64,000 nucleotides of DNA. Origin: Mobula hypostoma (Eukaryota). The DNA lies in NCBI RefSeq assembly GCF_963921235.1, contig NC_086097.1:33482001-33546000 (forward strand), read 5' to 3'. Every line of letters begins with the position of its first letter. Position 1 is the first letter of the stretch. A model generated the notes under the pieces. That model saw nothing but the letters and a program-made list of their open reading frames with translations, searched no databases and was not told the origin of the DNA. Below, one piece after another: positions 37,729 to 51,494 of the stretch. Both the position numbers and the translations under genes were made by a program.

Positions 37729-40700
37729 CATATAACCATATAACAATTACAGCACAGAAACAGGCCATCTCAGCCCTTCTAGTCCGTGCCAAACACTTAC
37801 TCTCACCTAGTCCCACCGACCTGCACTCAGCCCATAACTCTCCATTCCTTTCTTGTCCATATAGCTATCCAATTTTACTTTAAATGACAATATCGAACCT
37901 GCCTCTACCACTTCTGCTGGGAGCTCGTTCCACACAGCTACCACCCTCTGAGTAAAGAAGTTCCCCCTCGTGTTACCCCTAAACTTTTGCCCCCTAACTC
38001 TCAACTCATGTCCTCTTGTTTGAATCTCCACTACTCTCAATGGAAAAAGCCTATCCACATCAACTCTATCTATCCCCCTCATAATTTTAAATATCTCTAT
38101 TCAGTCCCCCCTCAACTTTCTACGTTCCAAAGAATAAAGACCCAACTTGTTCAACCTTTCTCTGTAACTTAGGTGCTGAAATCCAGGTAACATTCTAGTA
38201 AATCTTCTCTGTACTCTCTCTATTTTGTTGACATCTTTCCTATAATTTGGTGATCAGAACTGTACACAATACTCCAAATTTGGCCTTACCAATCCCTTGT
38301 ACAATTTTAACATTACATCCCAACTCCTATAGTCAATGCTCTGATTTATAAAGGCCAGCATACCAAAAGCTTTCTTCACCACCCTATCCACATGAGATCC
38401 CACCTTCAGGGAACTATGCACCATTATTCCTGGATCCCTCTGTTCTACTGCATTCTTCAATGCCCTACCATTTACCATGTATGTCCTATTTTGATTAGTC
38501 CTACCAAAATCACATTTATCGGCATTAGACTCCATCTGCCGTCTTTCAGCCCACTCTTCTAACTGGCATAAATCTCCCTGCAAGGTTTGAAAACCTACTT
38601 CATTATCCCGAACTCCACCTATCTTAGTATCACCTGCATACTTACTAATCCAATGTACCACCCCATCATCCAGATCATTAATGTATATGACAAACAACAT
38701 TGGACCCAGTACAGATCCCTGATGCACATCACTAGACACCAGCCTCCAATCTGATAAACAGTTATCCACCACTACTCTTTGGCATCTCCCATCCAGCCAC
38801 TGCTGAATCCATTTTACTACTTCAATATTAATACCTAACGATTGAACCTTCCTAACTAACCTTCCATGTGGAACCTTGTCAAAAGCCTTACTGAAGTCCA
38901 TATAGACAACATCCACCACTTTACCCTCGTCAACTTTCCTAGTAACCTCTTCAAAAAATTCAATAAGATTTGTCAAACGTGACCTTCTACGCACAAATCC
39001 ATGTTGACTGTTCCTAATCAGATGATTATATATGCCATCTCTGAGAATACTTTCCATCAATTTACCCACCACTGACGTCAGACTCACAGGTGGATACTTG
39101 CTAGGTTTACTCTTAGAACCCTTTTTAAACAATGGAACCACATGAGCAATACGCCAATCCTCCGGCACCATCCCCGTTTCTAACGACATTTGAAATATTT
39201 CTGTCAGAGCCCCTGCTATTTCCACACTAATTTTCCTCAAGGTCCTAGGGAATATCCAGTCAGGACCCAGAGACTTATCCACTTTTATATTCCTTAAAAG
39301 CGCCAGTACTTCCTCTTCTTTACCATCACAGTTTCCATAATTTCCCTACCTATTTCCCTTACCTTACACAATTCAATATTCTTCTCCTTAGTGAATACCA
39401 AAGAAAAGAAATTGTTCAAAATCTCCTCCATCTCTTTTGGTTCCACACATAACTGTCCACTCTGATTCTCTAAGGGACCAATTTTATCCCTCACTATCTT
39501 TTTGCTATTAATATAACTGTAGAAACCCTTTGGATTTATTTTCACCTTACTCATATCTTCTTTTAGCTTTTCTAATCTCTTTCTTAAGATTCCTTTTACA
39601 TTCTTTATATTCTTCGAGCTAAAAGCACCTCATTTACTCCATGCTGCCTATATTTATTGTAGATATCTCTCTTTTTCCGAACCAAGTTTCTAATATCCCT
39701 TGAAAACCATGGATCTCTCAAACTTTTAACCTTTCCCTTCAACCTAACAAGAACATAAAGATTCTGTACCCTCAAAATTTCACCTTTAAATGACGTCCAT
39801 TTCTCTATTACATCCTTCCCATAAAACAATTTGTCCCAATCCACTCCTTCTAACTCCTTACGCATCTCCTCAAAGTTAGCCTTTCTCCGATCAAAGATCT
39901 CAACCCTGGGTCCAGACCTATCCTTCTCCATAATTATATTGAAACTAATGGCATTGTGATCACTGGACCTGAAGTGCTCCCCAACACAAACCTCCATCAC
40001 CTGACCTATCTCATTCTCCAACAGGAGATCCAACACTGCCCCTTCTCTAGTTGGTACCTCTATGTATTGCTGCAAAAAAACTATCCTGCACACATTTTAC
40101 AAACTCCAAACCATCCAGCCCTTTTACAGTATGGGCTTCCCAGTCTATGTGTGGAAAATTAAAATCTTCCACAATCATAACCTTGTGCTTACTACAAATA
40201 TCTGCTACCTCCTTACAAATTTGCTCCTCCACTTCTCGCTCCCCATTAGGTGGTCTATTATACACCCCTATAAGTGTTACTACACCTATCCCATTCCTCA
40301 ACTCCACCCAAATAGCCTCCCTAGACAAGCCCTCTAATCTACCCTGCCAGAGCACCGCTGTAATATTTTCTCTGACAAGCAATGCAACACATCCCCCTCT
40401 TGTCCCTCCGATTCTGTCACACCTGAAACAATGAAATCCAGGAATATTTAGTTGCCAATCACACCCCTCCTGCAACCATGTTTGACGAATAGCTACCACA
40501 TCGTACTTCCAGGTATCAATCCATGCTCTAAGCTCATTCACCTTTCTTATAATTCTCCTCGCATTAAAATAAATGCATTTAAGAAATTTTCCACCTCTTA
40601 CTTTCTGTTTATCACTAATGGTGCAAACAACTTTATTATTTTCTTTTTCTTCCTTCTCCCCTACATCTGTTCCTACACTCTGGTTCCCCTCCCCCCTTGT

Positions 40701-41125
40701 ATCTAGTTTAAATCCACTGGAGCCTCTCTAGCAAACCTACCTGCAAAAATATTTTTCCCCCTCCAGTTCAGATGTAAACCGTCCTGCCAGAACAGGTCCC
40801 TGGAAAACTGCCCAATTATCTATAAATCTGAAGCCCTCCCTCCTGCACCATGTCTTCAGCCACGTGTTGATCTGTGCTGTCTTACTATTTCTAAACCCAT
40901 CCGCACGTGGCACTGGTAGCAATCCTGAGATTGCTATCCTGGAGGTCCTGTCCTTTAACTTGGCACCTAACTCCCTAAACGCACCTTTCAGTACCTCCTC
41001 ACTCTTCCTACACACATCATTGGTCCCTACATGGACCACGACATCTAGCTGCTCACCCTCCCTCTTGAGAATACTGAGAACTCGATCCGAGATATCGCGG
41101 ACCTTGGCTCTGGGGAGGCAACAGA
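37729..41125 (-). mobile_element. Long CR1 LINE (ORF1 esterase part plus ORF2 endonuclease and RT), nested in an older CR1
   Basis: ORF1 VCCLPRAKVRD...VVHVGTND (SGNH-like); endonuclease YDVVAI..TWL and SDHNAISF; 342-aa RT ORF 38254-39282 with YAGDTK replacing YADD. The host CR1 resumes at about 41126-42055. Confidence 0.9.
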
Positions 41126-43965
41126 CCATCTACATCAATGATCTGGATCAGCAAACTTGAAGCTGACACCAAGACGGGGCGTAGTGGACAGCTGGGACAG
41201 CTATCAAAACTTAGTGGGATCTGGACAAGATGGAAAAATGGGCTGAAAATGGCAGATGGATTTAGTGCAGACAAGAATGAAGTGTTACACTTTAGGAGGA
41301 CAAACAAGGGTAAAACTTAATCAGTAAGCATAAGGCGCTGAGGAGCGTGGCAGAAGAGTGGGGTCTGGGAATTCATAAATCCTTGAAAGTGGTGTCACAA
41401 GTAGATAAGGTCATGAAGAAAGCTTTTGGCACATTTACCTTCAGAAATCAAATTAACTATAATTGAGTACAGGAGTTGGGATGTTATATTAAAGTTGGTA
41501 TTAAGACGATGGTGAGGCATAATTTGGAGTATTGTGTGCTCTTCTGCACATACCTAAAGGAAAGATATCAATGAGATTGGAAGAGTGCAGGGAAAATTTA
41601 CAAGACTGTTGTCAGGACCTGAGTTATACAGAAAGGTTGAATAAGTGATGACTTTATTCCCTAGAGTCTAGGAGAATGAGGGGGGATTTGAAAGAGGTAT
41701 ACAAAATTTTGAGGAGTATAGAAAGGGTAAATGCAAGCAGGCTTTTTCCACTGAGGTTGGGTGATACTAGAACGAGGTCATGGGTTAAGGGTGTAAGGTG
41801 AACTGTTTAAGGGGATCATGAGTGGTATTTCTTCACAGAGGATGATGAGAGTGTGGAATGAACTGCCAGCAAAGTGGTGGGTTCTGGTCTGATTTCAACA
41901 TTTAAGAGACACTTGAACAGGTACGTGGATGGGAGGGATATGGAGAGCTATGGTCTGGGCACAGGTAGATGGGAGTAGGCAGATTAATACTTTGGCATTG
42001 ACTAGATGGGCTGAAGGGCCTGTTTCTCTGCTGCAGTACTGTATTCCATGGCTCTATAACTCTCTTGGGAAGTTCGTGCATTGACAACCTGAATCTTGTG
42101 CACACAGTGCAAAGTACTCGGAAGGTATGAAGCTGGGTGGAGTGAAAGTAAAGAGAGCACTGGGTAGATTAGACTAGTTTTATTTGTTATATGTACATTG
42201 AAACATACAGTGAAATGCGTCGTTTATGTCAACAACCAACACAGCCTGAGGATGCACTGAGGGCAGCCCGCAAGTAACACCATTCTCCCAGGACCAAGAT
42301 AGCATGCCCACAGTTTACTAACCCTAATCTGTACGCCTTTACAATATTGGAGGAAACTGGAGTATGAACTGTGTGAAGTGCCTTGAGGTATTTCACTCTG
42401 ATAAAAGCACCATCGGACAGGTTATATTGTATGCTTCTGTAAGACACTGGGGAAGTATGTAACTAATGATCCAAATCTTCCCCTGGCTTTCTGCGCTCAC
42501 ACTTGCTTCAGCAGTTCTCAGCTTTCGAGATTCAAGATTCAGATTTATTTATCACACGTACATCAAGGAAGCTTAGGCTACAGCCTGACCTCAAATCTCC
42601 CACATCCCTGTCCCTAAACCATCCCTACAAACCTTAAAATTAACTAACTCTGAGCCATGACCTTGACGGATACCGCTTTCTTTATCATCAGCGGGCAGCT
42701 CAGGACTGACTGGCACCGTGGAAAGCCCGGGCACCTGGATCGGATATTGTAATTGACCTGGACTGTGGCAGCAGAGCAATCAAATGCCAGACAGTGATAG
42801 CGTACCCACTACTGTTTCCTTGTTTGTTTTATGAATCAAAATAAATTAATTGATTCTTGGTTCAAAAGAAATTTATTGAAACATCAACAAAAAATGTTAT
42901 TTAAAATATCGTTCTCCGTACCTTGGATGCAGATCGGCCCCAACATTGCCCACTGGTCTCAAAAAGAGCCCTGGAGTGTGGATTGTGTGAAGACCTGGAC
43001 CTAGACTGTAGAAGGTACCAAGTTTGGGGGTGTAGTGGCCAGCTAGGAAGGTTATCAAAGCTTGCAGAAGGATCTTGTCCAGCTGGAAAAATGGGCTTAA
43101 AATGGTGGATGGATTTAATGCAGGCAAGTGTGAGATGTTGCTCACACCAGGATAGGTGACAGAAGTTTGTGTAGGGGAGCACTTTGGATCTAGTGATCAT
43201 AATTCCATTAGTTCCAATGTAATTATGGAGAAGTATAGTTCTGGTCTTTGGGTTGAGATTCTAAACTGGAGAAAGACCAATTTTGATGGTATCACAAAAG
43301 ATTTGGCAAGTGTGGATTGGGACAGGCTGTTTTCTGTCAAAGGTGTACTTGGTAAGTAGGAGGTTGTAAAATGTTGAGGCCCTTGTTAAGAAAAAATAGG
43401 AGGTGCATAGCAGGGATAGGCAAGTAGGAACAAATGAGGTACTTGAGGAGTAGAAGAAATGCAAGAAAGCACTTAAGAAAGAAATCAGGAGGGCTAAAAG
43501 AAGGCATGAGGTTGCTTTAGCAGACCAAGTGAAGGAGAATCTCAAGGGCTCCTACAGATATATACAGAGCAAAAGGGTAGTGAGAGAGAGAATTGGTCTT
43601 CTGGAATTTCAGAGTTTATGCATGGAGCCAAAAAAAGATAGGGGAGATTTAAATGGATCTTCTTTGCATCTGTATTTACTGAAGTAAATGATGCAAAGCA
43701 GCAGTGAGATAATGGACCATGTATAGATTACAGAGGTGTAGGTGTTTGCTGTCTTCAGGTAAATTAGGGGGTATGTCCCTAGAGCCTGACAAGATATTCC
43801 CTCGGACCTTGTGGGAGGTGCGATCAAAAATTGCAGCGGCCATAGCAGATATATTTAAAATGTCCTTAGCCCCAGGTGAGGTGTCGGAGGATAGCTAATG
43901 TTCCTTTGTTTAAGAAAGGCTGTAAGAATAAGCCGGGAAATTGTAGGCTGGTGAGCCTGACGTCA

Positions 43966-45355
43966 CTTGTTGGCTACCTAGGACAGTCCATGTTCCAAGC
44001 CTTCCCCAGTAATGCTCCCCAACTCTTCCAACACTACATTGGTACTGCTGCATACACCCATGCTGAGCTCGTCAACTTCCTTAACTTTGCCTCCAACTTC
44101 CACCCTGCCCTTAAATTCACTTGGTCCATTTCTGACACCACCCTCCCCTTTCTCGATCCCTCTGTCTCCATCTGTTGAGACAGACCTACTGAATCCCATG
44201 GTTATCTTGACTATACCTCTGCCTATCCTGTCTCCTATTAAAGTGCTATTCCCTTTTCTCAGTTCCTTCGTCTCCATCGCATCTGTTCCCATCTTCTTTT
44301 CCAGGACATCAGAGATATCCTCTTTCTTCAGAGAACAGGGTTTTCCTTCCTCCACCATTGATGCTGCCCTCACCTACATCTCCTCCATTTCTCGAGCAGC
44401 CAGGTCACACCATCTTCCCGCCACCTTAACAGTGATAGAGTTCCTCTTGTCCTCACTACCACCCCACGAGCCTCCGCATCCTACACATCATTCCCCGCAA
44501 CTTCTGCCATCTCCAAAGGGATCCTACCACAAATTTATCTTTACCTCTCCCCCTCTCCACCTTCCGCAGTGATCGCTTCCTCTGTGATTCCCTTGTCCAT
44601 TCATCCCACCCAACTAATGTCCCCCCACCGGCCAATTATCCTTGCAAACGGCCCAAGTGCTACATCTGCCCATACACCTCCTCCTTCATCTCCATTCAGG
44701 GCCCCAAACAGTTCTTCCAGGTGAGCCAATATTTCCCCTGCGAGTCTGCTGGGGTCTTCTATCGTGTTCGGTGCTCTCGATGCAGCCTCCTCTACATTGG
44801 TGAAACCCCGTTGTAAATTGGGGGACCGCTTCGTCGAGCACCTCCACTCTATCTGCCAAAAGCAGAACTTCCCGGCCCCATTGTCATTGCCATCCCCACA
44901 TATGGTCATGGTCTCTTCATGATGGGGCCACCCCAAGGGAGGAGCAACATCTGATATTCTGTCTGGGTAGCCTCCAACCTGATGGCATGAATATCAATTT
45001 CTTCTTCTGGTAAAAAAAAAATCCCTCCCCTCCCCCTTCATCTATTCATCACTCCGACCCCTTACCTTTTCTCACCTGCCTATCACTTCCCTTGGGTCCC
45101 CTCCTCATTCCCTTTCTCCAAATGGTCCACTCTCCTCTCCTGTCAGATTCCTTCTTCTCCAGCCCTTTACCTTTCCTATCCACTTGGGTTCACCTATCAC
45201 CTTCTGCCTATCCTCCTTCCACTTCCCCATCTTTTTTATTCTGGCTTCTTCCTTTTCAGTCCTGAAGAAGGGTCTCGGCCCAAAAGCGTCGACTGTTTAT
45301 TCATTTCCATAGATACTGTCTGACCTGTCGAGTTCCTCCAGCATTTTGTGTGATT
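43966..45355 (+). mobile_element. Penelope-like element, RT end plus GIY-YIG endonuclease and terminal repeat
   Basis: NFHPALKFTWSIS..LPFLD and CESAGVFYRVRCSRCSLLYIGET. The terminal repeat has a mutated hammerhead at 45257-45295 (GAAA altered). Inserted in a CR1. Confidence 0.85.
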
Positions 45356-45439
45356 ACTAGTAGGTAAGTTATTGGCAGTTATTCTAAGGGACCGGATATA
45401 TGCGTATTTGGACGGGACTAGGGAGAGTAATAGTCCATG

Positions 45440-45610
45440 GGGCCGAAGGGCCGGTTTCTGCGGCTCGGAATCTATAACGGGAGACTCCTGCTCTGGCGAC
45501 ACGGCGGAGAGCGGAAATGACGATTGAGTGGGGCGGAAGCGTTCTCCGTGGAGTCCCCAGCGGGTCGGAAGTGACGCCATTGCGCTGCTGCAGGGCGGCC
45601 GGAGCTCTGG
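45440..45610 (+). promoter_or_regulatory. GPATCH2L: GPATCH2L CpG-rich promoter and non-coding first exon
   Basis: Local CpG enrichment. ETS motifs CGGAAATGACG (~45512), GGCGGAAGC (~45532) and CGGAAGTGACG-CCAT (45566-45580). Strong donor TGG|GTGAGT at 45611. The start site itself is not determinable. Confidence 0.7.
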
Positions 45611-47792
45611 GTGAGTGAGGGAGTTGGTAGTGGAGGGCGGGGAGAAGTGTAGAGTGGGGTTTAGGGACTGAAGGGGAGGGAGGAGTATCCGTGAGGGGAA
45701 AGAGGAGGGGGAGGTGAGGAAGGTGACGAGCGGGTGGATTTGATGGAGGAGGAGGTGGGTGTTGGTGGGTTGTGGGCTGAGGGGAGAGAGATGAGGAGAG
45801 GTTGGTGAACTGGGTGGGGTGGGATGGGATGTGTGGGTCTGGCTGAGGGGAGGGAGGTGTGAGTGTGAAGGGGAGGGGGAGATTGAGTGGAATATTTGGG
45901 CTGAGGGGAGGGAGGGGTAGTTTGTGTGGAATGTTTGGGTTTGGGCTGAGGGAGAGAGGTGTGTTAGGTGGAGGAGATGAGAAGCTGGTGGATGGGTAAC
46001 CTGTTGTGGGGTTTGGGGTCTGTTGAAGGTTGGGATGGGAGAAGATGGTTGTAATTTGTGGGTTGTGGAGGTTGAGTCAGATATGCAGAGGAGAGGGTTG
46101 GGATGTGGATGATGTGGGTTTGTGGGTGATGTTGAAGGTTTAGGAGGAAGGGGGAATGGCTGGCATGTGGGTTGGAATTGTTGTGGTGAGGATTCAGACT
46201 GAGGAGAATATTGCTGATGAGGATGTTTGGGACAATTTGGGAGGGGAGTTTGTAGTAGGTCTGTGGGGAGTCATTGGGTGGGGTGGTGTTGATAGTGTGG
46301 AAGGGTTTGGATGTGAGATGGTGAAGAGTTAGAAGGATGGGAAGGTTGGGATGGGGGTATGATGGAGTTGGGGCATGATAGGATTGGGAGGTTGATGTTG
46401 AGGATTGGTTGGGTGGAGGGGAAAAAGCAGGGTTGGGACAAGCAATATCGGACTAATACAAATGCCGGAGTATGCAAGATAATACGAGGAAGCTGTGAAA
46501 GATCTGTGCCAGGCTTGGCTCCTCCTGTGGATCCCTGAGTCTCACTTTGTCCAGCCTTTTGATACTTGTTCACTTCTGTAATCATAAATGCTGTAGCGTA
46601 CTCTCCCCTTGCAGCAGAGAATTTAGAAACTCTCCAGCCTCTGAGAACAAATCTCTATACACCTCAGTTTTAAATAACCTCCCCTTATCTTGTATCTGTG
46701 CCTCCCCACTGGCTGACTCTCTGTCTATTGGAAACACCTCACATTTACCCTGTCAAGCTCCCTCAGCACCTGTAAGTTTCAGTCAGATCTCTCCTCATTC
46801 GTCTGAACTGTAAAGGATTTGATCAAACTTCTTCAGTGATAGAACAGCCTTAAGGGATTATTCTGCACAAGTTGCCCTGCAAATGGATAGGGTGGTTAAG
46901 AGGGCGTATGGTGTGTTGGTCTTCATTAGAGGGGGGAATTGAGTTAAAGAGCCACAAGGTAACGCCACAGCCCTATAAAGCCCTGGCTGGACCATGCTTG
47001 GAATATTGTGTTCGGGTTTAGTCGCCTCGTTAGAGGTAGGATGTGTAGGCTTTAAGAGAGGGTGCAGAGGAGATTTACCAGGATGTTGCCCGGATTAAAG
47101 GATATTTCTTACGAGGATAGGTTAAGTGAGCTAGGGCTTTTCCCTTGGAGTGAAGGAGGATGAAAGGGGACTTGATAGAGCTATACAAGATAATAAGCAT
47201 AGAACGATTGGATAGACAGAGACTTTATCTCGGCAGAAATGGCTAATACAAAGGGGCATAATTCTTATGTGATTGATGGTAAATAGGGGAGATATCAGTG
47301 TAGTGTCTTTTTTACACAGTGGAGAGTGTGTGGAACACACTGCCAGGGGTGGTGGTAGAGGCAGGTACTTTGGGAGATTTAAGAGACTTTTAGAAAGCAC
47401 ATGGATGAAAGAAAAATAGAGGGCTATGTAGGAGGAAAGGGTGAGATTGATCTTGGGGTGGGTTAAAGGGTTGGCACAACCTTGTGGGCCGAAGGGCCTG
47501 CACTGTGCTGTGTTCTAAAGTGGGGATTCCCAATCTTTTATATGCCATGGGCCAATACCATAAGGCAAGGGGTCTGTGGGGGTGAGGTGAAGGGGGCTGA
47601 CAGGTAACCTGATAGAGGTTGATAAAATCATGACGGGCATCGCAGTCTTTTTCCAAGGGTGAGGGAGTATAGAAGTTTAAGGAGAGAGGGGAAAGGTTTT
47701 AATGAGACCAGAGGACCATATAAGAGGGGTCAGCAATGCAAAAAGTAAGCAGCTTCAAGTTCCTAGGCATCAACATCTCAGAGGATCTGTCC

Positions 47793-47985
47793 TGGGCCAA
47801 GTGGTTAAGGTGTTGGTCTAGTGATCTGAAGGCCGCTAGTTCGAGCCTCAGCTGAGGCAGCGTGTTGTGTCCTTGAGCATGGCACTTAACCACACATTGC
47901 TCTGTGACGACACTGGTGCCAAGCTGTATCGGTCCGAGTGCCCTTCCCTTGGACAACATCGGTGGCATGGAGAGGGGAGACCCTG
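47793..47985 (+). mobile_element. tRNA-derived SINE with RTE-related body
   Basis: Same head as the 26249 copy; body ggtgccaagctgtatcgg...ggagaggggag resembles the 32918-33518 element. Confidence 0.65.
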
Positions 47986-49916
47986 GAAACCTTCCAAGGT
48001 GCAAATCAAATCCATGGTCTTGCCTATATATATATCCTGGGCCAAACATATTTAGCAGGAGGTGAAGGGCGTTGGAGTGATAGGGTGGAGGATGGGACAG
48101 TTGGTATACAAATAGATGCAGGAAGGACAGGCAGATGATAGCACAAAATTGCAGTCAGTGGGATCAGTTGAAGTGTAACATGGAGCAAAATTGTAAAGGT
48201 TGATGAATACAGGACTGAAGGTGTTACGTTTGAATGCATGCCGTATATGGAATAAGGTAGGTGATCTGTAGTGCAGTTAGAGATTGGCAGGTATAACTTC
48301 TAGGCATCACTGAATCTTGGCTGAAAGATCATAGCTGGAGGCTTAATATCCAAGGAAACGCATTTGTATCAAAAGGACAGATGGGTAGGCAGAGAGGGTG
48401 GGGTGACTCTTGATAAAATGAAATCAAATCCTTAGAAAGAGGTGACATGGGGTCGGAAGATGTAGAATCCTTGTGGATAGAGGTAAGACACTGCAAGGGT
48501 AAAAGGACCCTGATGGGAATTGTATACAACCTCTGAATAGTAGCCAGAATGAGGGGTACAAATTACAAAGGGAGATAGAAAAGGCATGGAATTCACCCTG
48601 AGGTTTAAAAAGGAGTAGATAACGTATCAGCATTTCAGTGGAGTAAAGGACATTACAGAGGCATGAGAGATTACCTGGTCTAAGATGATTGAAAGGGGAC
48701 TCTAGCAGGGATGACGGCAGAACAACAATAGCTGGAGTTTCAGGGAGCAGTTTGGAAGACGCAGGAGAGATACATCCCGAAGATGAAGAAGTGTTTTAAA
48801 GGGAGGATGATGCACCAGTGGCTGACGAGGGAACTCAAAGGCTGCATGAAAGCGAGAGAAGGAGTATTACATTAAAAAAAGTGGGAAGATAGAGGATTGA
48901 GATGTATTTAAAAGCCATCAGTAGGGAACTGAAAAAGCCATGAGGAGAGAAAGGATTAAATATGAAGATAAGCTAGCCAATAATATAAAAGAGGATACCA
49001 AAGGTTTTGCTGCTACTGAACAAATTTCATGTTATATGTCAGCAACAATAAATCTGATTCTGATATGAACATAGGGAATGAGCTACCAGAGAAAGTGGTA
49101 GATGAGAGTACATCAACAACGCTGACAATGCACTTGGACAGATACACACATATATACATGCGAAGGGTTTAGAGCGAGCTCAGGTAGACTGTTTGACCGG
49201 CAAGGGTGAGTTGGGTTGAAATGCCTGTTTCCATGCTGTGTGACAATGGGGCTTCAGTTCTCTGTCTTCCCACTGAATTGCTCATCCTTCAGGCACCTCC
49301 TGCCCACCCGTGACTCCAACATTGGTCTCGTCAGCAGGCATAGAAACAGCGTGAATGTGAGGGGCCTTGAACCCGGGGTCGGACTGAGCTGGAGTAAAGG
49401 AGCAGGTAAGAATAGCCAGAAAGATGTTGGTGTCTACATTTCATAAGTCATAGCAGTGTTAAGCCATTTGGCCCACCCAGTCTGTTGTGCCATTCCATCA
49501 TACCTGATTTATTACGCCTCTCAACCCCATTCTTCTACCTTCTCACTGTAATCCTTGACGTCATTACTAATCAGGAACTTACCAACCTCTGCTTTAAATG
49601 TAATGAATTCCACAGATTCTTCACTCTCTGCCTAAAGAAAATCCCCATCTCTCTTTTTAAAGTGACCTCCTTCTATTCTGAGGCTGTTCCCACTGTAGGA
49701 AACATCCTCTCCATTTCCATTCTATCTTGGCTTTTCAGTATTCGCTAGGTTTCAGTGAGATGACCCCTCATTCTTCTAAGCTCCAGCAAGTACAGGCCCA
49801 GGACCATCAGCCACTCATCGTATGTTAAACCTCCTCAGGATCCTCTCCAATGCCAGCACATCCTTTCATAAATAAGTTCACATTCAAGTTTATTATCACT
49901 CAACCATACATATGTA

Positions 49917-51494
49917 CAGGTGTCCCCCGTTTTTCGAACGTTCGCTTTACGAAACCTCACTGTTACGAAAGACCTACATTAGTACCCTGTTTTCACTTTC
50001 AGAAGGTGTTTTCACTGTTACGAAGAAAGGTAGCGTGCGATAAAAAATCAGCGCGCGATAAAAGGCAGCGCGCGCCCCGAGCCCGAATTCGGAACGGCAT
50101 TGCTGAAACACGTTGCATTGAGCAGCCGTTAGCAAGATGAGTTCTAAGGTGTCGGAAAAGCCTGAAAGAGTAAGGGTGTTAAACTTAGCGTAAAACTAGA
50201 CATAATTAAGCGTTTCGATCGTGGTGAACGAAGCAAGGACAAAGTGAGTTTGGCTTGTGGAAGTTGATGAAGATGATGTTGAAGAGGTTTTGGCATCCCA
50301 TGACCAAGAATTGATAGATGAAGAGCTGATGCAATTGGAAGAGGAAAGGATAACAATCGAAACTGAATGCAGAAAGTGAAGCAACTGCGTGAGATTTTCG
50401 CTGCAATGGTAAAGTACGACTTTAATTTTGAAAGGGTACGTAGGTTTGGGGGATATTTGCAGGATGGTTTGAGTGCTTACAAACAACTGTATGACAGAAA
50501 AATGCGCGAAGCTCAGCAGTCAAGCAAGCCTTCCACAGCAGCCACAGCCGACGACGAACCTCGACCTTCGACATCGAGGCGGGCAGTCATAGGAGAAGAT
50601 GAGCTGCCTGCCCTGATCGACGATGAGATGACACCCCCATGTCCCACCACCCCAACACCCGGGCCCCGGACAGATACTGTACTGATTTGCGAAGAACGTA
50701 GCGGTAGCCAGGAGGCACACAGCACATCTTTAAGAAAAAAGCCTAAATGAACATGCTAATTAATTAGGTGCCGCCGACATGTAATTGTCCGCCCAGATCA
50801 GAGGCGATGCAATCGGCTCTGATCTGTGCCGACATTTACATGCTGGGCAGCACCTAATTAATTAGCGTGTTTATTTCGGCTTTTTTCTTAATGATGTGCT
50901 GTGTGCCTCCCGGCTACTGCTGCGTTCTGCGCAGCAATGTATCGGGTCGACGGCCCGGAGGGTGGAGGCCACTGCACCACCCAGCCTGTGACGACTCAGT
51001 CTAACACACCATCATCAGTGTGCTCGGCGCTGTTTTCCCAATTCCGGTAAGTGATACTACACTGTACATACATTATTTCTACTTTATATAGGCTGTGTAT
51101 TTTTACGTGTTATTTGGTAGATTTGGCAGCTTCATAGTTTAAAGGTTACTGGAGAGCGCGTTTATGCCAACAGCGCTTGCGTGAGATTTTCTGCCAAGAG
51201 CGCTTGCGTGAGATTTTCGCTACGGAGATCTGTGCAGGCAATCGTTGTAGAGAAGTATTTCTACTTTATATAGGCTGTGTATTTATCATATCATTCCTGC
51301 TTTTACTATATGTTACTGTTATTTTAGATTTTATGTGTTGTTTGACATGATTTGGTAGGTTATTTTTTGGGTCTGTGAACGCTCACAAAATTTTCCCATA
51401 TAAATAAATGGTAATTGCTTCTTTGCTGTACGGCATTTCGGCTTACGAACCGTTTCATAGGAACGCTCTACCTTCGGATGGCGGGGGAAACCTG
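49917..51494 (+). mobile_element. Tigger/pogo-type DNA transposon, internally deleted
   Basis: TA-CAGGTGTCCCCCG ... CGGGGGAAACCTG-TA termini. N-terminal KLDIIKRFDRGERSKD joined to C-terminal VDEDDVEEVLASHDQELIDEELMQLEE. Confidence 0.85.

Noticed and set aside
45257..45295. Active hammerhead upstream of the GPATCH2L promoter
   Set aside because: The essential GAAA reads AAAAG, so it is predicted inactive.
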